Of a DNA stretch of 64,000 bases, positions 9,582 through 19,344 are shown in pieces. Location of the stretch: positions 167,028 to 231,027 of the forward strand of contig CAZWJU010000001.1 of assembly GCA_964634365.1 (NCBI GenBank). Direction: 5' to 3'. The stretch comes from an uncultured Candidatus Saccharibacteria bacterium. Its GTDB lineage: Bacteria; Patescibacteriota; Minisyncoccia; Phycocordibacterales; UBA9973. Within the stretch, counting starts at the first letter, position 1, and each line of letters begins with the position of its first letter. The notes under the pieces are model-generated. The model saw only the letters and a program-made list of their open reading frames with translations, searched no databases and was not told where the DNA came from. The position numbers and the translations under genes are program-made.

Positions 9582-10325
9582 ATGGAAGATGCGCCTACAA
9601 ACATCTATACAATAAAAACTGAAGCTTTTTCAGGTCCTTTTGACCTACTGCTCGAGCTAATCGAAAACAAAAAACTCTTTGTAAATGAAATCTCACTTGC
9701 AGAAATAACCGCCGATTATATAGAACATGTACGCAAGATGGAGTCGCTCAATCTAGGCCAGGCAACACACTTTGCAGTTGTTGCAGCTACATTGATTCTA
9801 ATCAAATCAAAATCTCTACTACCAAACCTTCCGCTTACAAAAGAAGAAGAAACTTCAATTGACGATCTAGAACTCAGACTAAAACTTTACCAAGCTATCA
9901 AAGATATTGCTCCTTTTATAAAAGAGAAGTATGGAAAAACAGTGCTTTTGTCGCTACCAGATAGACCAGTAGGATCAGTTCTATTTAGTCCAGATAAAAA
10001 TCTAAAAAAAGAAAGTGTCGAGTCCGCAATACGAAACGTACTCGGGTCTTTGCCAGTGAAAGTAAACTTACCTGAGGTAACAGTAAAAACAATGGTAAGT
10101 ATAGAAGAGATGATTTCTTCTCTTGAAGAGCGCATAACAAACACTATGACACTTTCTTTTAAAGAATTTAGTCATTTAGATAGCAAAGAGGTAAAGGAGG
10201 TAAAAATCCATACAATAGTTTCGTTCCTAGCGCTACTAGAGCTTGTGCGGACCGGAATTATTGATGTTGTGCAAACAAATGCGTATGATGATATAACAAT
10301 TAGTAAACAAATAGAAAATATATGA
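9582..10325 (+). CDS. scpA: Segregation and condensation protein A
   Basis: The product has an FSGPFDLLLELI N-terminal motif and a kleisin-like fold. Confidence 0.85.
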   Translation: MEDAPTNIYTIKTEAFSGPFDLLLELIENKKLFVNEISLAEITADYIEHVRKMESLNLGQATHFAVVAATLILIKSKSLLPNLPLTKEEETSIDDLELRLKLYQAIKDIAPFIKEKYGKTVLLSLPDRPVGSVLFSPDKNLKKESVESAIRNVLGSLPVKVNLPEVTVKTMVSIEEMISSLEERITNTMTLSFKEFSHLDSKEVKEVKIHTIVSFLALLELVRTGIIDVVQTNAYDDITISKQIENI

Positions 10326-10882
10326 ACATAGAACTTGATGCAAAAATTGAAGCCCTGCTTTTTTCAAAAGCTGAACCAGTAAGCATAAAAGAACTCATGA
10401 AGACTTTTGGTGAGAGTGAGACTAAAGTTACAGAGGCTTTGGATAAACTACGCGAGAATCTATCAAACAGAGGAGTGCGACTACTTTCTCATGATGGACT
10501 ATTTACTCTTTCTACTGCTCCAGAATGTTCTGTATTTTTAGATGAAATCAGAAGAGAGGAGCTATCAAAAGACCTTTCAAAGGCAAGTTTGGAAACTTTG
10601 TCCATAATCCTGTATACAGATAAGCCAACTCGCGGAGACATAGATTACATCAGAGGAGTAAACTCAAGTTTTATATTAAGAAATCTTCTTGTTCGTGGAA
10701 TGATAGAAAAAGATATCCATCCAGATGATAGTCGTAAATTCATATATAAACCTACTTTAGATCTTCTAAGATTCTTGGGAATAACCAATCTGACAGATCT
10801 GGAGAATTTTACAGAAACAAAAGAAAAGCTAAATGCATTTCGATCTTCCCAGAACGAAGAAAACCTAAAAGAAGAAGCATAA
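10322..10882 (+). CDS. scpB: Segregation and condensation protein B
   Basis: The start overlaps the scpA stop by 4 nt, and the product has a winged-helix ScpB pattern. Confidence 0.8.
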   Translation: MNIELDAKIEALLFSKAEPVSIKELMKTFGESETKVTEALDKLRENLSNRGVRLLSHDGLFTLSTAPECSVFLDEIRREELSKDLSKASLETLSIILYTDKPTRGDIDYIRGVNSSFILRNLLVRGMIEKDIHPDDSRKFIYKPTLDLLRFLGITNLTDLENFTETKEKLNAFRSSQNEENLKEEA

Positions 10883-10883
10883 A

Positions 10884-11834
10884 ATGTACCCGAGCCGCAC
10901 GACAATTTTTATTACGCTGTTTTTAACATTGGGTCTTTTGGTGATTTTTATCAACCAAAACAAAAAAAATGAATATTTAGAAATTGAAAAACAGATATTA
11001 GAATCGCAGTTAGTAAGCACTAAAGAAAAAATTTTTAATGAAATAAAAATCGATGCAAAATCGTTTGTCATAAAAGATATTGATTCGGGAGAGGTGATAT
11101 ATCAAAAAAATATGTATAAAAAGATGCCTCTGGCTTCACTAACAAAGCTAATGACTGCCTATGTATCGCAAAAATATGCCCCAAGCGACTTGAAAATAGA
11201 AGTTAACGAAAAAGATCTGGGGGCAATAGGGGACGCAAAGTTAAATCCTGGTGATAGCTGGCAGCTAGAAAACATATTGTCTTTTGCTTTGGTAAATTCA
11301 TCGAACGACGCAATAGAATCAATCGACAGAAACTTGTCTGCTTATTTTGGAGGAGAAAATAAGTTTGTAAAAAAAATGAATGAAGAAGCGGACCGTTTAG
11401 GTCTATATAGTATGGAATTTTTCAATGCCACTGGTTTAGATGTAGAACAAGCTAAAAACGGAGGCTATGGTTCTGCAAATGATATAGCAAAACTGACAAT
11501 AGCAGTGTTCAGTGACTATCCACATATACTAAAAGACACAGCTTTTCCAAAATCAAAATTTACATCTCTTACAAACAAAGAATATGAATCCATAAATACA
11601 AATACTTATATAGAAAAAATATCACCCATCCTTGCCTCAAAAACAGGTTATACAAATTTTGCAGGAGGCAATCTTGTGATCATAAAAGAAATAGAGGGCA
11701 GGAGAATCGTCTTGGTGGTAATGGGCTCAACTTATGAAGGCAGATTTGTTGATATGTCTATGTTAATCCATGCCACAGAAGAATATTTATATGCAAAAAA
11801 GGCTTATGATACAAAAAATTTAGCAAATAATTAA
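10884..11834 (+). CDS. D-alanyl-D-alanine carboxypeptidase (PBP5/6-like serine peptidase)
   Basis: An N-terminal TM is followed by SLTK (SxxK), SSND (SxN) and KTG motifs. Confidence 0.8.
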   Translation: MYPSRTTIFITLFLTLGLLVIFINQNKKNEYLEIEKQILESQLVSTKEKIFNEIKIDAKSFVIKDIDSGEVIYQKNMYKKMPLASLTKLMTAYVSQKYAPSDLKIEVNEKDLGAIGDAKLNPGDSWQLENILSFALVNSSNDAIESIDRNLSAYFGGENKFVKKMNEEADRLGLYSMEFFNATGLDVEQAKNGGYGSANDIAKLTIAVFSDYPHILKDTAFPKSKFTSLTNKEYESINTNTYIEKISPILASKTGYTNFAGGNLVIIKEIEGRRIVLVVMGSTYEGRFVDMSMLIHATEEYLYAKKAYDTKNLANN

Positions 11835-11855
11835 CACAATTGTTATACTGCTTAT

Positions 11856-12914
11856 ATGATAATAAATATAATCAAAGTATTTATACCAACCACAATAGCA
11901 TTCTTCTTAGGTATAGGGATGACCCCCTTCCTGATGCGTTTTTTTATAAAAAATAGACTTTGGAAAAGACATGCTAGAAGCGACGAATCTATCAACGCAG
12001 ATAAAATTTCTCCAACATTCTCTGCTCTACACAATACAAAAGAAGAGCTCGCCACTCCAAGAATTGGCGGGGTCATAATATGGCTTGCAACACTTGGAAC
12101 GGCGCTCATAATATTTTTGATATCAGTCTTTGTACCAAACGAACTAACAGACAAACTCAATTTTATAAGTAGAAATCAAACCCTACTCTTGTTGTTTGCG
12201 ATGCTTATATCTAGTCTTATAGGTTTAACAGATGACCTACTGACTATTTTTGCCAAACCAGGTGTTTTTGCAAATGGATTTCCTAGAAAATACATGGTCT
12301 CAATCGTCTTGCTTATCGGACTGATTGGTGGTTTGTGGTTTTACTATAAACTTGGAATATCAACCATAGCTATACCTGTTCTAGGGATACTTCCATTTGG
12401 TGTATTCTTCATACCAATATTTATGGCTGTTATATTTGCAGTTTTTTCAAGTGGAGTGATCGATGGCATAGACGGCCTAGCAGGAGGTGTTATGGCAACT
12501 ATATTTGGAGCATACGGAACAATTGCACTTCTACACAATCAAGTTGATATAGCAGTATTTTGCGCTGTTGTAACTGGAGCTATACTATCTTTTTTATGGT
12601 TCAATATTCCTCCAGCAAGATTTTATATGGGGGAGACAGGAATGCTTGGACTCACGGTAACTCTAACTATAGTGGCATTTTTAACAGATACAGTTCTACT
12701 ACTTCCAATAATTGCTTTCCCTCTATTTGCAACAGCACTATCATCAGCAATACAAATATTTTCAAAGAAATATTTCAATAAAAAAATATTCAAAGTTGCA
12801 CCACTGCACCATCACTTTGAAGCGCTCGGATGGTCAAGAGCAAAAATAACAATGAGATACTGGGTAATATCTGTAATATTTGCAATTATAGGAATAGTTC
12901 TATCTCTACTATAA
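11856..12914 (+). CDS. mraY: Phospho-N-acetylmuramoyl-pentapeptide transferase
   Basis: The product is a polytopic membrane protein with the PLHHHFE signature. Confidence 0.9.
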   Translation: MIINIIKVFIPTTIAFFLGIGMTPFLMRFFIKNRLWKRHARSDESINADKISPTFSALHNTKEELATPRIGGVIIWLATLGTALIIFLISVFVPNELTDKLNFISRNQTLLLLFAMLISSLIGLTDDLLTIFAKPGVFANGFPRKYMVSIVLLIGLIGGLWFYYKLGISTIAIPVLGILPFGVFFIPIFMAVIFAVFSSGVIDGIDGLAGGVMATIFGAYGTIALLHNQVDIAVFCAVVTGAILSFLWFNIPPARFYMGETGMLGLTVTLTIVAFLTDTVLLLPIIAFPLFATALSSAIQIFSKKYFNKKIFKVAPLHHHFEALGWSRAKITMRYWVISVIFAIIGIVLSLL

Positions 12915-12916
12915 AA

Positions 12917-14029
12917 ATGTCTAAATCTGGTAAGAATTCAATAGACAAAGTTTTCTTAGGGATTGTTGTGGCTTTAGTTATTTTTGGTTTAATATCTTTT
13001 ATATCTGCATCTTTAGGAATACTAGCTAAAAACGAAGAGAAATTTTACGGAGTATTGTTCAACCAGCTCGTACTTGGTCTCTTAGGTGGATCTATCGCAC
13101 TTTTGGTCTGCATGAAATACAAATATGATTTCTGGAGAAACAATTCTTTTTTAATATTTTTAGGATCAATTGTATTAACTCTACTTGTTTTTGTACCAGG
13201 CCTTGGGCTTAGTCACGGAGGAGCAAGGCGCTGGATTTCAATTTTTGGATTCTCTTTGCAACCAGTAGAATTCTTGAAAATTGGTTTTGTTATGTATTTT
13301 GCGGCTTATTTATCTTGGATAAAAAGCAAAGTTTCGGATTATAAATTCAGCATACTTCCTCTAGTATTGATGATTGGTGTTATTGCTTCTGTGCTACTAG
13401 CTCAACCAGACACAAAAAGTCTTATGCTCATAATAGCCGTAGGTGCATCTATGCTTTTTGTATCTGGTATACCGATAAAATACATAGTCTTACTAGTTTC
13501 TATTGCTGCGGCTGGTCTTATAGCGCTGGCTATGTTTACTCCTTATCTAACGGAACGCATAGAAACTTTTCTAGATCCAAGTAGTGACCCTAGCAACTCA
13601 TCTTATCAGCTCCAACAATCACTGATTGCTATAGGATCAGGGGGTATGTTCGGACGAGGCTTGGGACAGAGTATTCAAAAATTTAGCTATCTACCAGAAC
13701 CACAAGGTGACTCTATATTTGCAGTTATAGGAGAAGAATTCGGTTTTGTGGGATCTGTATTGTTGCTTGTACTGTACGTGGCTTTTGTCATGCGAGGACT
13801 ACATCTCGCATACAGAGCACCGGATTCTTTTAGTAGACTTTTTATAGTTGGAATTGTTATACTTTTTGGAGCACAATCTTTGCTGAACATAGCATCTATA
13901 GTAGGACTGTTTCCACTCACAGGAGTTCCGCTTGTTTTTATCAGTCACGGAGGAACATCCTTGCTTATTTCACTGGCTTCGATTGGTATAATACTAAACA
14001 TGTCAAAATATCAACGCAAAATTAATTAA
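12917..14029 (+). CDS. ftsW: SEDS-family peptidoglycan polymerase FtsW/RodA
   Basis: The product is a 10-TM SEDS protein. The start was set at MSKSG, 3 nt after the mraY stop. Confidence 0.85.
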   Translation: MSKSGKNSIDKVFLGIVVALVIFGLISFISASLGILAKNEEKFYGVLFNQLVLGLLGGSIALLVCMKYKYDFWRNNSFLIFLGSIVLTLLVFVPGLGLSHGGARRWISIFGFSLQPVEFLKIGFVMYFAAYLSWIKSKVSDYKFSILPLVLMIGVIASVLLAQPDTKSLMLIIAVGASMLFVSGIPIKYIVLLVSIAAAGLIALAMFTPYLTERIETFLDPSSDPSNSSYQLQQSLIAIGSGGMFGRGLGQSIQKFSYLPEPQGDSIFAVIGEEFGFVGSVLLLVLYVAFVMRGLHLAYRAPDSFSRLFIVGIVILFGAQSLLNIASIVGLFPLTGVPLVFISHGGTSLLISLASIGIILNMSKYQRKIN

Positions 14030-14032
14030 TTT

Positions 14033-15160
14033 ATGAGAATACTATTTACAGGAGGAGGAACCGGTGGGCACTTTTACCCAATAATCGCAATCGCCGAAGC
14101 ATTGAACAAAATAGCAGATGAAGAAAAGATTTTAAAATCTGAACTTTACTATATGTCTACTGAGCCTTATGACAAACAGGCACTTTTTGAAAACAATATA
14201 AAATTTATACAAGTAAACGCTGGTAAACTTCGTATATATCCTTCTCTTAAAAACATAACTGACATTTTTAAAACAGCAACAGGATGTATGGAGGCTGTTT
14301 TCAAGATATTTGCCCTGTATCCTGATGTGGTCTTTGGTAAAGGTGGTTTTGCTAGTTTCCCAGCATTGTTTGCTGCAAGAATTCTGCGCATACCAGTAGT
14401 TATACATGAATCAGACTCTGCTCCTGGTAGAGTAAACAAATGGGCAAGTAAATTTGCGAAACGTATCGCAATATCTTTCCCAGAAGCCATAGAGTCTTTC
14501 CCAAAAAACAAAACTGCTTGGACAGGTCAGCCTGTTCGCAGAGATATATTGCGAGGAGTAAAAGAAGGTGCACATGAATATTTTGGATTTGATCAAAATA
14601 TCCCTGTAATACTAATCCTAGGAGGTTCACAAGGTGCACAAAAAATAAACAATGCGCTTATAGACGCACTACCTGTTCTCTTGCCAAATTTTCAAATAAT
14701 TCACCAAGTTGGTCCAAAAAATATCGAGGATATTACAGAGACTGCAAACGTAATCATCGCAAACAACGAATTCAAAAAAAGATACAAGCCTATCGGATTC
14801 CTAAGCCCGCTTGCAATAAAAATGGCTGCCGGTGCTGCAAACATAATAGTATCTAGAGCTGGTTCAACTATTTTTGAAATAGCTGGCTGGGGAGTGCCTT
14901 CGATTATAATTCCTTTCGACAAATCAAACGGAGATCATTCTAGAAAAAATGCATACACTTATGCAAGAAGTGGTGCATGTGAAGTAATAGAAGAAACCAA
15001 TCTTTCTCCAAACTTACTCGCTGCAGAAATAACTGCAATAGTAGGGGATAGTACAAAAATAGAAAAAATGAAAAAAGCCGCACAAGATTTTGCACGACCT
15101 GAAGCAGCAAGTTCTATCGCACGAGAAATAATAAATCTAGCACTAAAACACGAACAATAA
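14033..15160 (+). CDS. murG: UDP-GlcNAc:lipid I GlcNAc transferase MurG
   Basis: The product has the GGTGGHFYP motif and a GT28 fold. Confidence 0.9.
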   Translation: MRILFTGGGTGGHFYPIIAIAEALNKIADEEKILKSELYYMSTEPYDKQALFENNIKFIQVNAGKLRIYPSLKNITDIFKTATGCMEAVFKIFALYPDVVFGKGGFASFPALFAARILRIPVVIHESDSAPGRVNKWASKFAKRIAISFPEAIESFPKNKTAWTGQPVRRDILRGVKEGAHEYFGFDQNIPVILILGGSQGAQKINNALIDALPVLLPNFQIIHQVGPKNIEDITETANVIIANNEFKKRYKPIGFLSPLAIKMAAGAANIIVSRAGSTIFEIAGWGVPSIIIPFDKSNGDHSRKNAYTYARSGACEVIEETNLSPNLLAAEITAIVGDSTKIEKMKKAAQDFARPEAASSIAREIINLALKHEQ

Positions 15161-15199
15161 AAAAGCCACCTGATCATATAGTGAGATCGGTGGCTTTTA
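15159..15199. terminator. Bidirectional intrinsic terminator (murG on the plus strand; candidate sRNA on the minus strand)
   Basis: The sequence AAAAAA-gccacctgatcatatagtgagatcggtggc-TTTT forms the terminator. Confidence 0.7.
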
Positions 15200-15298
15200 G
15201 GCATTCGGGTTTTGTTACACCCGAGGGGTACCTCCACTGTCAGTTTACTAAGACACCACAACCGGGAGGGTCGTTGCGGTTCCTGCGCTCAGATCTGT
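15159..15298 (-). ncRNA. Candidate small RNA (GC-rich, ~140 nt) of unknown class
   Basis: A minus-strand promoter TTGACT-17-TGcTACTAT (-35 at 15334..15329, -10 at 15310..15305) precedes a GC-rich segment with hairpin cgggt-gtaacaaa-acccg. The unit ends at the terminator shared with murG. Confidence 0.35.
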
Positions 15299-15374
15299 TT
15301 CCAATATAGTAGCATATTATAAATATTAAGTCAAGTATATTTAAAAAAGCCTTATAATTTGGTATACTTTTCAA

Positions 15375-16817
15375 ATGTCTACACAAAAGAAAGTTGTAAC
15401 TCGTTTTGCTCCAAGTCCAACTGGCTTTATGCATATTGGAGGTGTTCGCACTGCACTTTTTGCATGGGCTTTTGCTCGTAAAAATAACGGTACTTTTATA
15501 TTGCGAATCGAGGACACAGACAAAGCTCGTGAAGTAGAAGGTTCAATCGAACACATAATAAAATCACTGAAGTGGCTTGGTATAAGCTGGGATGAAGGAG
15601 TAGATATAGGAGGTCCGAATGCGCCATACCTACAGTCTGAAAGACTAGACTCTTATAAAAAATACGCACAGATTTTGATTGAAAAAGGTTTAGCTTATGC
15701 AGATCCGTACACAGAGGCAGAAGTAGAAGAGTTCAGAAAAAAATCCGAAGCAGAGAAAAAACCTTTTCTGTTTCGTGACTACAGACCTATAAATCCGCCG
15801 GCTTGGGATGGAACTATGCCACTTCGTCTAAAAGTTACAGATATAAAATCTTATCATTGGACAGATCTGGTAAGGGGCGAGCTTTCTGCTGGACCTGAAG
15901 CAGTCGATGATATTATTTTGATAAAAAGCGATGGATATCCAACATACAATTTCGCTCACATAATAGACGACCTAGAGATGGGTGTAACTCATATTATGCG
16001 CGCCGATGAGTTTATCTCATCGACTCCAAAGTTTTTGTCTATTTATGATGCACTTGGAATTGAGCGCCCTCTATTTGCAACCCTTCCGCCAATTATGTCT
16101 CCAGACGGCAAGAAAAAACTTGGTAAGCGTGATGGAGCAAAAGACATACTAGACTACAAAGAAGAAGGATATTTGCCTGAAGCTATGATAAATTTCCTTG
16201 TCTTTATAGGTTGGAATCCAGGAGATGAGCGCGAGATCATGACACCTGGTGAATTTATAGAAGCTTTTGAAATAGATAAAATTCAAAAATCAGGCGGGGG
16301 ATTCAACATAGAAAAACTAAACTGGATAAATCGCGAGCATATTAAAAAACTAAGTGACGAAGAATTTTTAAATAAAATTCAAGAATACATCCCTGAAAAT
16401 TTTAGAAGTAAAATTGAAAAAAATATTTCTGTTCTTATAAAAGAAAGGGTAGAAAAATTTTCTGATATAAAAAATATGTTTGAAAAAGGGGAATTGGATT
16501 ATTTTTTCGACAGACCAAAATACGACCCAAGCAAGTTGATATTCAAAGACTCTACAAAAGAAAGTATTACTGAAAATCTAAAGCATGGATACGACCTATT
16601 GAACAGTATAGAAGAGAAAAACTTCAATCTAGATTTTATAAAAGATACAATGATGAAAAGTCTAGAAAAAGAAAAGCGCGGACCAACCCTTCACCCTATA
16701 CGCATAGCACTATCTGGACTTGATCAATCCCCAGACCCATTTACCATCTCATCGATATTGGGTAAAAAAGAAACACTAGAACGTATCCAAACTGCAATAG
16801 AATCGCTTGTAAATTAA
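15375..16817 (+). CDS. gltX: Glutamyl-tRNA synthetase
   Basis: The product has PSPTGFMHIGG (HIGH) and KLGKR motifs. A TATAAT -10 lies at about 15353. Confidence 0.9.
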   Translation: MSTQKKVVTRFAPSPTGFMHIGGVRTALFAWAFARKNNGTFILRIEDTDKAREVEGSIEHIIKSLKWLGISWDEGVDIGGPNAPYLQSERLDSYKKYAQILIEKGLAYADPYTEAEVEEFRKKSEAEKKPFLFRDYRPINPPAWDGTMPLRLKVTDIKSYHWTDLVRGELSAGPEAVDDIILIKSDGYPTYNFAHIIDDLEMGVTHIMRADEFISSTPKFLSIYDALGIERPLFATLPPIMSPDGKKKLGKRDGAKDILDYKEEGYLPEAMINFLVFIGWNPGDEREIMTPGEFIEAFEIDKIQKSGGGFNIEKLNWINREHIKKLSDEEFLNKIQEYIPENFRSKIEKNISVLIKERVEKFSDIKNMFEKGELDYFFDRPKYDPSKLIFKDSTKESITENLKHGYDLLNSIEEKNFNLDFIKDTMMKSLEKEKRGPTLHPIRIALSGLDQSPDPFTISSILGKKETLERIQTAIESLVN

Positions 16818-16826
16818 GATTATAAT

Positions 16827-18140
16827 ATGAATTTTAAAAATAACACCAAAACAATTGTCTTTACGGTAATTATATTTGTGTTGTTTTTGTCTTTTGTAAT
16901 TAACAAAGCAGATGCCGATATAGCTAGCGACTTATCATCTAAAATAGAATCTCACACGAACGAAATAGACAAACTAGAAGCTGAAATAGCTAAATATCAA
17001 ACTGAATTAAACAATACGAGTAAAAATGCTCTATCTTTAAAAGGATCCATCAATGAACTCGATATATCAAAGAAAAAATTACAAGCTGAAATATCAGTCA
17101 CTGAAAATAAAATAAGCTCAACAGAGCTACGCATTCAGAAACTTAGCCTAGATATTGGAGACAAATCAAAAACTATAGATGTAAACCAACTTGCCATAGC
17201 TAGAAACATAGCAAAGATACATGAACTAGACTCAAACCCTCTAATCGTAACAATGCTTTCAAACGAACGCATTGCTGATGTATGGAATGAAATAGAGTCT
17301 TTAAAACGCATACAATCTGATGTGTACGACCACACTAAAGATGTTATAGCTGTACGCCACGGGCTCGAAGGTGATCGCAATGAAGAATTGGAAGCAAAAG
17401 AAGAGCTACTAGCTTTAAAAGATGAACTGAACGGTCAGAAGAAAGTTTTAGACATAAATATTAAAGATAAAAATAAATTACTTAGTGAGACAAAAAATCT
17501 AGAGTCAAATTACAAAAAGATATTGGCTGATAAGCTTGCGCTGAAAGCAGCTTTTGAAAAAGAACTTCAAGATTATGAATCTCAATTAAAATACGTACTA
17601 GATCCTAGTAAGATACCAACAAGAGGATCTCATGCACTCGGATGGCCACTTACAAACGTATTCATAACTCAAATGTTCGGAAAAACTGTAGACTCCGTAA
17701 GACTCTACACATCTGGATCACATAGTGGAACTGATTTTAGAGCTAGTATCGGAACACCAGTGCTAGCTATGGCAAGCGGTACAGTCGTGGAGAGCGGAGA
17801 TACAGATGCGACTTGCCGTGGTGCATCTTTTGGAAAATGGGTATTTATAAAATATGACAATGGATTGGCTAGTACATATGGACACTTGTCTTTAGTAAGT
17901 GCCAAAAATGGTGCGAGAGTAACACCAGGCCAAATCGTAGCTTATAGTGGAAACACAGGACACTCTACAGCACCACACTTGCATGTTAGTTTATATCCTA
18001 GTGATGCTGTGGACGTATCAGGAAAAGAAAGTATTGCTTGTAAAGGAAAAATACTTGTACAACCGAGAGCTGCGACAAATGCCTATTTAAACCCGCTAGA
18101 TTATATGCCAAGCTACACAAGCTCTATGATTAAAAGCTAA
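16827..18140 (+). CDS. Murein hydrolase activator/peptidase, EnvC-like coiled coil plus C-terminal M23 (LytM) domain
   Basis: A signal anchor and long coiled coil are followed by an M23 domain with HSGTDF and HLHVSLY motifs. Confidence 0.8.
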   Translation: MNFKNNTKTIVFTVIIFVLFLSFVINKADADIASDLSSKIESHTNEIDKLEAEIAKYQTELNNTSKNALSLKGSINELDISKKKLQAEISVTENKISSTELRIQKLSLDIGDKSKTIDVNQLAIARNIAKIHELDSNPLIVTMLSNERIADVWNEIESLKRIQSDVYDHTKDVIAVRHGLEGDRNEELEAKEELLALKDELNGQKKVLDINIKDKNKLLSETKNLESNYKKILADKLALKAAFEKELQDYESQLKYVLDPSKIPTRGSHALGWPLTNVFITQMFGKTVDSVRLYTSGSHSGTDFRASIGTPVLAMASGTVVESGDTDATCRGASFGKWVFIKYDNGLASTYGHLSLVSAKNGARVTPGQIVAYSGNTGHSTAPHLHVSLYPSDAVDVSGKESIACKGKILVQPRAATNAYLNPLDYMPSYTSSMIKS

Positions 18141-18174
18141 AAAACACCCTATCAAAAAGGTGTTTTTTGTTTTA
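18140..18174. terminator. Intrinsic terminator
   Basis: The hairpin aaaacaccctatcaaaaaggtgtttttt forms the terminator. Confidence 0.7.
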
Positions 18175-18431
18175 TGTATTACAACACAATTATATATGTA
18201 GTCAAGAGCGGGTAGGGCACGCAGATTCTAGAAATCAACAAAATACAATAGATCCAAACCACAAAATACTAATACTAGGGTAGAGGATGCGCTTAAAAAC
18301 GATTCTGGGGCCTAATAGATATAGGTCTACAGGACGAAGTGAGCTAGACAATAAACCAAGTAAATAAAGGGCTTATTTTAAAATATAACGTCGTAAAAGA
18401 TATATTGTGCGACGTTAGTATTCTAAATCCC

Positions 18432-19337
18432 CTAGGAGGAAACGCAAGCATTAAAGGTTGCTACGCCTGCATTGTAATCTGCTATATCTTCTTTAAGATT
18501 TGTAACAGCAGTGTTATATTCGTTTATCAGAGAGTTGTACTCCTCTACTAGGTCATTGTACCCACTAGACCACTTGTTTGTATTATTGACTTCCTCTAAC
18601 TTCAAATAAATATCTTCTTCCAAATTTTCTATTTCTAGTTCTTCTGTATCAATCTTTGACTTTAGGTCACTATCTATACCTGGGCAAGAATCAATAGACG
18701 CTCCAAAATGCTGTACTAGTATCCATGAATCAAATCCATCATACTTACCATAAACTATCCCGATCCCTATTTCTTTGAATTTTGGATTCAATATGTTTTC
18801 TTTGTGTGCTGGAGAATTCATCCACGCATCTACAACTTCAGACGCACTTTTAAAATCACCTCTGGCTAAATTCTCTCCGACAATTATGTATTCATAGTTT
18901 ACATCTTCCGCCAAGTCAGAAACTCCGATACCTTCTGGAGAGTCGTGTTCAAAGTATTGCCTATCCAACATGTCTTGCGCTTTCTTCTGTGCTGAAGAAG
19001 AAAGTTTTGTATTTTGATTTAAAATTGATACACCGACAGACTGTCTGTTCAAATTTGTATAGTATATGATGTTGGCTTGGTTTATCTGACTTGTACTACT
19101 AGTTGTTTGTGTACTATCTACACCAGTATCATCTCTTTCAAAAACAAGTGGATCTGGGAGGAGTTCCTTGAGCCCGCCAACCTCACTAGGTATTGAAAAT
19201 ATTTGATTCCCTATTTTTTCAATATCCGAATTTATTTCTGATCTAGAAAATAATTTATTATCTAAATTTAAAATTCCATACACAGAAAGTATTGTTAAAA
19301 TAAATCCTATGATTGATGTGATCCAGACTCTTCCCAT
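18432..19337 (-). CDS. Secreted/membrane-anchored CAP (SCP/PR-1-like) domain protein with C-terminal coiled coil
   Basis: An N-terminal TM is followed by a CAP domain with GENLARG and AWMNSPAHKENIL motifs. Confidence 0.7.
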   Translation of the reverse strand: MGRVWITSIIGFILTILSVYGILNLDNKLFSRSEINSDIEKIGNQIFSIPSEVGGLKELLPDPLVFERDDTGVDSTQTTSSTSQINQANIIYYTNLNRQSVGVSILNQNTKLSSSAQKKAQDMLDRQYFEHDSPEGIGVSDLAEDVNYEYIIVGENLARGDFKSASEVVDAWMNSPAHKENILNPKFKEIGIGIVYGKYDGFDSWILVQHFGASIDSCPGIDSDLKSKIDTEELEIENLEEDIYLKLEEVNNTNKWSSGYNDLVEEYNSLINEYNTAVTNLKEDIADYNAGVATFNACVSS

Positions 19338-19344
19338 CTTTTAT

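Noticed and set aside
15159-15298. Bacterial small SRP RNA identity for the GC-rich element
   Set aside because: I could not place the conserved helix-8 GGAA tetraloop and symmetric loop, or a single long hairpin pairing the 5' and 3' ends. The element is kept as an unclassified ncRNA candidate.
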